A DNA stretch of 64,000 nucleotides from an uncultured Acidobacteriota bacterium (lineage in GTDB: Bacteria; Acidobacteriota; Vicinamibacteria; Fen-336), in contig OY970399.1 of the NCBI GenBank assembly GCA_963720545.1, positions 1,888,001 through 1,952,000 of the forward strand, in the 5' to 3' direction. Positions within the stretch are counted from its first letter, which is position 1. Every line of letters begins with the position of its first letter. The notes under the pieces are model-generated. The model ran no database searches. It was given only the letters and a program-made list of their open reading frames with translations, and had not been told where the DNA came from. The position numbers were made by a program, and so were the translations under genes. Shown piece after piece: positions 58,957 through 64,000 of the stretch.

Positions 58957-59427
58957 ATGCGACGAGTGTTCATGCTGGCGATGGCGGGGTTGCTGATGGC
59001 CGGCGGGGTACGGGCGGCGGATGCGCCCGATGCGGCGGCGCTGACGAAGATCCTCAAGGAGTTCCTTGCCGGTGCGCAGTACGACGCGAAGATGCACGAC
59101 CGTTTCTGGGCGGAAGACCTCATCTACACGAGCTCGGCCGGCAAGCGCATCGCCAAGTCGGACATCATGGCCGAGATGAAGGACGCGAAGCCGCCGCAGC
59201 CGGGCGAGCCAAGCACCGTCTTCTCCGGCGAGGACATTCGCGTCCAGCAGTACGGCGACACGGCGGTGGTGGCGTTCGTGCTGGTCGGCAAGACCACCGA
59301 CGGCGGAAAGACCACGGAGCAGCGCTACCTCAACACCGGCACCTTCGCGAAGCGCAACGGTGAGTGGAAGGTGGTCGCGTGGCAGGCGACGAAGGCGGCC
59401 GAACCCGAGGCGGCGAAGGCGAAGTAG
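58957..59427 (+). CDS. Secreted NTF2-like / DUF4440 protein
   Basis: Signal peptide, VQQYGDTAVV and KRNGEWKVVAWQ. SD AAGGAG. Confidence 0.82.
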   Translation: MRRVFMLAMAGLLMAGGVRAADAPDAAALTKILKEFLAGAQYDAKMHDRFWAEDLIYTSSAGKRIAKSDIMAEMKDAKPPQPGEPSTVFSGEDIRVQQYGDTAVVAFVLVGKTTDGGKTTEQRYLNTGTFAKRNGEWKVVAWQATKAAEPEAAKAK

Positions 59428-59434
59428 CGCGTCG

Positions 59435-60970
59435 TCAGCGCGGTTCGAAGACGACTCGCTCGCTCCATCCTGTGGCCGTCTTCCTGCGCTCGACGGACAG
59501 CGCCTTCGTTTCCGGCAGCCATCCGAGGAGCCCGAGGATCCTGTCGGAGAACGGCCGGATTGTTTCGGGCGAGGCCGGGCCCTCGGCCGACTCCCATCGG
59601 TGCGCTTCCGAGGCAACAGCTTCGAGATCGAGCCGGCCCCAACGCAGCAATTCAGCCGCAGGCTGCGGTGTGGGCACCGTCGCGAGCGCTGCCGCCGTCG
59701 AACCGAGCCAAAGGAAGCCACCGGTGCGCCGCCAGGCGACTGCCGGCAGGCCGGGGCCGAGCCGGATCTCGGTGATGCCGTTGGCCGCGTGCGTTTCGAT
59801 GCGCGCGCCGCGCCTGGTGAGGGTGGCGGCGAACAGGCGAGCGATCTCCGAGTCTTTTTCCTTTGGCCACGCGAAGGCGACACGCCGCGCTCCGTCCCGG
59901 GCGATTTCGTAGCCGAAGCCGGCCGGCGGGTTGCCGGCGAACAGCCTGCGCCAGGCATCGAGCTCGCCCGCTTCCCACGCCGTGCCGGCGGCCGCCATCA
60001 GCGGCTTGTCGATGCGCACCGCATAGGCATCCTCGGCTTCCTGCGCCTTGGCCGGCGGCAGGTCGGCGCTTGCGACGAGCGGTGTCCGCGACAGCGAGGG
60101 CAGCGGCTCGAGCAGCGCGCCGCGCAGCATGTCGAGCAAGTTCTCGGCCTGCGAAAGCGGCAGCCATCCGGCCGCCGCGGCGCCCGGCGCAGCGAACGTC
60201 GCGGCCGGAGCGCTGCTTCCACCCGTGCCCTCGCGCATCTCGACGAGCTGGCTGCCCTCGAGGCGCAGCGCCGCGCGCACGTGGCCGCGCGCTCCGCTGT
60301 CGCCGAACAGGAACTCGCGCCGGAAATAGCGATCGACGCCGAGCTTGTCCATGTCGAGGTCGAGCGATGCGAGGCCCTGCAACAGCTGCGCCGGCGCGGC
60401 GCCCGAACGCGCAGCGTCGAGCGCCAGCCTCATGGCGCGCTCGCTCGTGGCGAGGATGAGGCGGCCGCCGGCGAGCTGCCAGGCGAGGCCTGCGCGGCGC
60501 GACGCGTCGCCGGCGCCCGGTTCGTCGGCGGCGCCCGCGGCAACGAAGTTGTAGGTGCTGCCTTCATGGGTTCGAACCACGCCCTTGGGCGGCGCCAACG
60601 GCAGCGCTGCGAGCGGCGTCTCCACGACGAGGACGGCCTCGAGCGCGCCGATGTCGAGCACCGCGATGCCGATCGACGTGGGACGAAGGCGCCTTATCTC
60701 ACTCCACGTCCACGGCAGGTCCTTCGCGAACTTGCCCCACTGATCCTCGAGCTTCGCGCCGATGCGGGAGGCGCGGAAGCCGGCCGCGACCGGCTCACCG
60801 TCGGGCAGGCTGCCGCTCAACGCCTCACGGAAGCGCCCGGTGAGCGCCGCTTCGAACGCGGCGGGATCCTCGATGACGAGCCGTATCGGCGCCGGCGGCA
60901 GCGGCGGGGCCGCGTGCACCACGGAGGTCGTGAGAAGAGCGGCCAGCAGCTGTGGCGAGAGCAGCCTCAC
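59435..60970 (-). CDS. Hypothetical exported protein (possibly YfaA/DUF2138-like)
   Basis: 511-aa ORF with a signal peptide, overlapping the upstream stop by 4 nt. The family guess rests only on context. Confidence 0.55.
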   Translation of the reverse strand: MRLLSPQLLAALLTTSVVHAAPPLPPAPIRLVIEDPAAFEAALTGRFREALSGSLPDGEPVAAGFRASRIGAKLEDQWGKFAKDLPWTWSEIRRLRPTSIGIAVLDIGALEAVLVVETPLAALPLAPPKGVVRTHEGSTYNFVAAGAADEPGAGDASRRAGLAWQLAGGRLILATSERAMRLALDAARSGAAPAQLLQGLASLDLDMDKLGVDRYFRREFLFGDSGARGHVRAALRLEGSQLVEMREGTGGSSAPAATFAAPGAAAAGWLPLSQAENLLDMLRGALLEPLPSLSRTPLVASADLPPAKAQEAEDAYAVRIDKPLMAAAGTAWEAGELDAWRRLFAGNPPAGFGYEIARDGARRVAFAWPKEKDSEIARLFAATLTRRGARIETHAANGITEIRLGPGLPAVAWRRTGGFLWLGSTAAALATVPTPQPAAELLRWGRLDLEAVASEAHRWESAEGPASPETIRPFSDRILGLLGWLPETKALSVERRKTATGWSERVVFEPR

Positions 60971-63900
60971 CGCTCGACTCCCTTCGCGGCGGCCGTCTCC
61001 GCCGCCACGATGCGGCTCAACAAGTCGAACGTCAGGTCGCCGGGGGCGTAGGGCCGGGCGCTGTTGCCGGCGGGCACGAACGGCAGTGGCGGCTCGGTTT
61101 CGATCGGGCCGAGTTCCGCGCGCAATGCGGCTGCCGCGGTGCCGTCGCGGTCGGCGAGCGCCGTGAAAGCGGCGTCCTCCAGGGCGCGGTCGCGCCCGCC
61201 GCGGCCGATGCGCGCGAGGTCGCCAAGCGCCGCATCGACGTCGGCCTTGCGGTAACCGCGGCGTGACAGCTCGTTCGCGAGAGCCGTCGCCGAGGTGCCG
61301 GTGAGTTGCCCGGCCGCCGCCCGCGGCGAAGAGGCGAGCTGCGCGCGCGCCGCACGCAAGCGCAGGACCGAGGTGTCGTCCGAATCGCGGATGCCGTTCA
61401 TCGCCGCGTCGTCCAGGGCGTCCACGACGCGCTCGATCGCGTCCGCGTCGAGCGGGCCAAGCGCTCGCAGCGCAGCACGCGCGGACAGGACGTCATAACG
61501 ACGGGCCGCGAGGTGTGCGCCGAGTCCCGCCGCGGCTTCCCCTGCGGGCTTGCGCCAGAACGGTGCCGCGGCGCTCCATGCGGCGGGTGTTCCGGCGGCC
61601 GGCGGCAGCGCCAGCCGCCGCCACAGGTCGAAGGCGCGGATCTCGTCGGTGCGTGTCCAGCCGCCGCGGCTGCGGCCGCTCGCCAGGGTCGCGGCGGCAG
61701 CGGCTGTGTCGCCGGCATCGCGCCACAGGCGTGCGCGCCGCGACACGGCGTCGAACGTGAAGGTCTCCTCGGCGCGCGCCATCCAGCGTCCGACCTCCGC
61801 GCGCGCGTAGCGCGCCAGCGATGCCGCGATTGCCGGCACGCTTGCGGCCGTCAGGTCGCCTCGGATCCACGCGTTTTCGAGCTCGGCAATCACGGCTGCG
61901 CGCCCCGGGCCGTCCTCGACGGCGAGCGCGAGGTCCCACGAGTCGGCGCTGGAAATGCCGGCCGCGCGCTGCGCCCGCAGCGCGGCACGGAAACGCTCCC
62001 GCACGACGTCGGCGTTCGCGCCTTTTCTGTCCACGAACGCCTCGTGCCAGGCGCGGAGTCGGGCGAGCCTTGGGTCGGCAGGCTCTCTGCCGCTGTCTTC
62101 GGGAATCTGCAGCCACGGCTCTTCGCCGGCGGCTACCGGCGCCGGCAGAGCGACGGGTTGGTACGCAAGCGCGGGTGCCTGCTCCTGCTCCGCAAGCATT
62201 GCGTCGAGCATGGCGAGCGCCACGCCGTGGTCGCCGCGCAACAGCGCCGCGCGCGCCAGTAGCAGGCGGCCGCGCTCGCGCTCCGCGGGTGCTTGGAGCT
62301 TCTGGTTGAGGGCCTCGATTCCTGCCGTGTCGGGAAGTGCACGCAGCGCGGCAAGCGCTGCCTTGCGGTCGGCCACGGCGAAGTCGGACATCCAGCCCGA
62401 GGCGTGCGGCCAGATTCCCCCGAGGACGCCGAGCCGGCCCTGCGGCAACCCGGCCGCGCCGCTCGCCCACAACTCGTCGAGCCACGTCTCGATGTCGGCG
62501 CGATCGAGGCTTGCCGCGCGCCTTGCAAAACGCACTGCGAGCGCGGCGCGATAGCCGACGGGGTCGCTCGTGTGGAGCCGGGCGGCCGCTTCCGCGCCGT
62601 GAACGTCGCGTACGTACGCGAGGACGCCGCCGCCAATCGGCACAGTCGCATCGAGCACGCCAACGGGGGCCGCGAGTTGGAGGTCGGCGGCGAGCATCGA
62701 CAAGTCGCGTAGCCGGGCTTCGCCCAGGTTCGCGGGATCGGCATTGACGGCGTCGCGCCACAGCCGCGCGGCCGCCGCGCCATCCGCCGTGCGCAACGTT
62801 TGCAGCCGCAGCCGCAACACGGCGAGATCGCGGGTGCCGAGGGCGCCGGCCTCGAGCACCTGGCGCGCAAGGGCCGCGTCGCCGAGCGCCGCGGCCAGGC
62901 GCGCAGCGAGAGCCACGCGTGCGCTCTCGCCGCCGCGTTGCGGCGTCTCGAGAACGGCAAGCGCCGCGCCGGCATCGTTGCGACGGTAGCGGACGAGCGT
63001 CTCGAGGGCGAACCAGGACGGGCCCGGCCAGCCGCCCCACTGGTCGAGAAAGGGGCGCGGCTGTGCTTCGACCACCGCGCCGACGGTGCGCGGGCCGCGC
63101 AACGCCGCGAGTGCGGGATCGTCCTCGGCGGGTACGGTCCGCGAGTGGATGAGGCCTGTCAGCACACGGCCCGCGGCGGTCGTCTTCAGGAACGCGTCGC
63201 GATCACCGGTGCCGAGCTGCGCGACGAGCGGCCCGAGTCGCCAGCCATGCGCGCCCAGTTTCAGGAAGCGCGCGAATCGCTTCTCGTCGGTGAACGCCGT
63301 TGCCAGCTCCGAGACGAAGGCGGTGTCGCCCACGGCGCCGCGCACGAACGTTTCCATGACGACAGGGTCGTCGAGCCAGGCGGTCCAGGGGAGGCGTTCC
63401 CTCACGGTGTCGGCTGCTGGGCTCGCGGCCTGCGCGATGAGCGCCTGAACTCGCGGGCGCAAAAATACGGTGAGTTCCGCGGGCCGGTCGCGACGCGCCA
63501 GGTCGCGCACCCACAGCGCCTCGAAATCGGGCGCGCCGAAGACATAGCCGCCGCCCGTGTCGGTCACGACGACGCTCGCGGCACTGGCGACGAACGCCTC
63601 GCTCGGCTGTTCGCGCCAGGGCGCTCCAGGCGGCGACCCGGCGATCAGGCGCCGCGCGATGGCGGTGCGCACATGAGCCGCGATCGCCGCTTCCTCGATG
63701 GCGGGCCACCATTGCCTCAGCGCCGCGACGTTCCCCGCCGGCTTGTCGTACAGGCGCTTCATCACCCACGCCTCGAATTCCTGAAGCTGTTCCGGACGCG
63801 CGTATTCCTGCAGCGTCCGCGCCACCGCGAGCCGATGGTCGCCGTCACCGGCCTTCGCCGCCAGGAACCGCAGGACGGAATCGTTCATGAGCGCAAGGCG

Positions 63901-64000
63901 TGCACCGGCGTCGCTGCCGAGCTGCGAATCGGCGACGCCTGCTGCCTTGCCGTCGGGGGCAAGCAGGTGCCACGCTTCCCTGGGCAGGCCGGCATCGATG
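60967..64000 (-). CDS. Large Ala/Arg/Trp-rich helical hypothetical protein (5' end outside window)
   Basis: The frame stays open from 63888 to the window edge (IDAGLPREAWHLL...), giving more than 1000 aa with a TPR-like helical composition. Confidence 0.65.
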   Translation of the reverse strand, partial: IDAGLPREAWHLLAPDGKAAGVADSQLGSDAGARLALMNDSVLRFLAAKAGDGDHRLAVARTLQEYARPEQLQEFEAWVMKRLYDKPAGNVAALRQWWPAIEEAAIAAHVRTAIARRLIAGSPPGAPWREQPSEAFVASAASVVVTDTGGGYVFGAPDFEALWVRDLARRDRPAELTVFLRPRVQALIAQAASPAADTVRERLPWTAWLDDPVVMETFVRGAVGDTAFVSELATAFTDEKRFARFLKLGAHGWRLGPLVAQLGTGDRDAFLKTTAAGRVLTGLIHSRTVPAEDDPALAALRGPRTVGAVVEAQPRPFLDQWGGWPGPSWFALETLVRYRRNDAGAALAVLETPQRGGESARVALAARLAAALGDAALARQVLEAGALGTRDLAVLRLRLQTLRTADGAAAARLWRDAVNADPANLGEARLRDLSMLAADLQLAAPVGVLDATVPIGGGVLAYVRDVHGAEAAARLHTSDPVGYRAALAVRFARRAASLDRADIETWLDELWASGAAGLPQGRLGVLGGIWPHASGWMSDFAVADRKAALAALRALPDTAGIEALNQKLQAPAERERGRLLLARAALLRGDHGVALAMLDAMLAEQEQAPALAYQPVALPAPVAAGEEPWLQIPEDSGREPADPRLARLRAWHEAFVDRKGANADVVRERFRAALRAQRAAGISSADSWDLALAVEDGPGRAAVIAELENAWIRGDLTAASVPAIAASLARYARAEVGRWMARAEETFTFDAVSRRARLWRDAGDTAAAAATLASGRSRGGWTRTDEIRAFDLWRRLALPPAAGTPAAWSAAAPFWRKPAGEAAAGLGAHLAARRYDVLSARAALRALGPLDADAIERVVDALDDAAMNGIRDSDDTSVLRLRAARAQLASSPRAAAGQLTGTSATALANELSRRGYRKADVDAALGDLARIGRGGRDRALEDAAFTALADRDGTAAAALRAELGPIETEPPLPFVPAGNSARPYAPGDLTFDLLSRIVAAETAAAKGVER

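Overview
High-GC bacterial chromosomal window, densely coding, with about 54 protein genes. The gene repertoire (wHTH-TolB-TPR and wHTH-FHA regulators, many secreted peptidases, carboxypeptidase-domain TonB receptors) suggests an Acidobacteria-like organism, but this is inference. I saw no rRNA, tRNA, CRISPR array, transposase or phage genes. Main blocks: a radical SAM gene, a class A beta-lactamase and a Zn-metalloprotease; a cobalamin riboswitch with a btuB-F-C-D operon; pilT; recQ; glgP; htrA; nadE; a metal (probably Zn) uptake locus; pmbA; a potA-potB-potCD fusion operon; a sigma54 two-component system; folA; paired S9 peptidases; and a PBP-SpoIID fusion. The most notable signal is in the metal-uptake locus (27161-33223, minus strand). 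It carries two paralogous ~94-aa leader ORFs, each with an N-terminal membrane/signal segment, an HTDDGC-x4-HCLACR metal motif and a C-terminal RGPP arrest-type motif exactly 45 residues after the last Cys. One precedes the outer-membrane protein/ABC genes and the other precedes the TonB receptor. In the latter, the RGPP codons themselves form a perfect 9-bp anti-Shine-Dalgarno for the receptor gene. This looks like a two-tier metal-sensing ribosome-stalling switch (DUF2946/CruR-like). An 18-bp palindrome (ACTGYGTCCGGACRCAGT) also recurs in two multi-hairpin intergenic regions.
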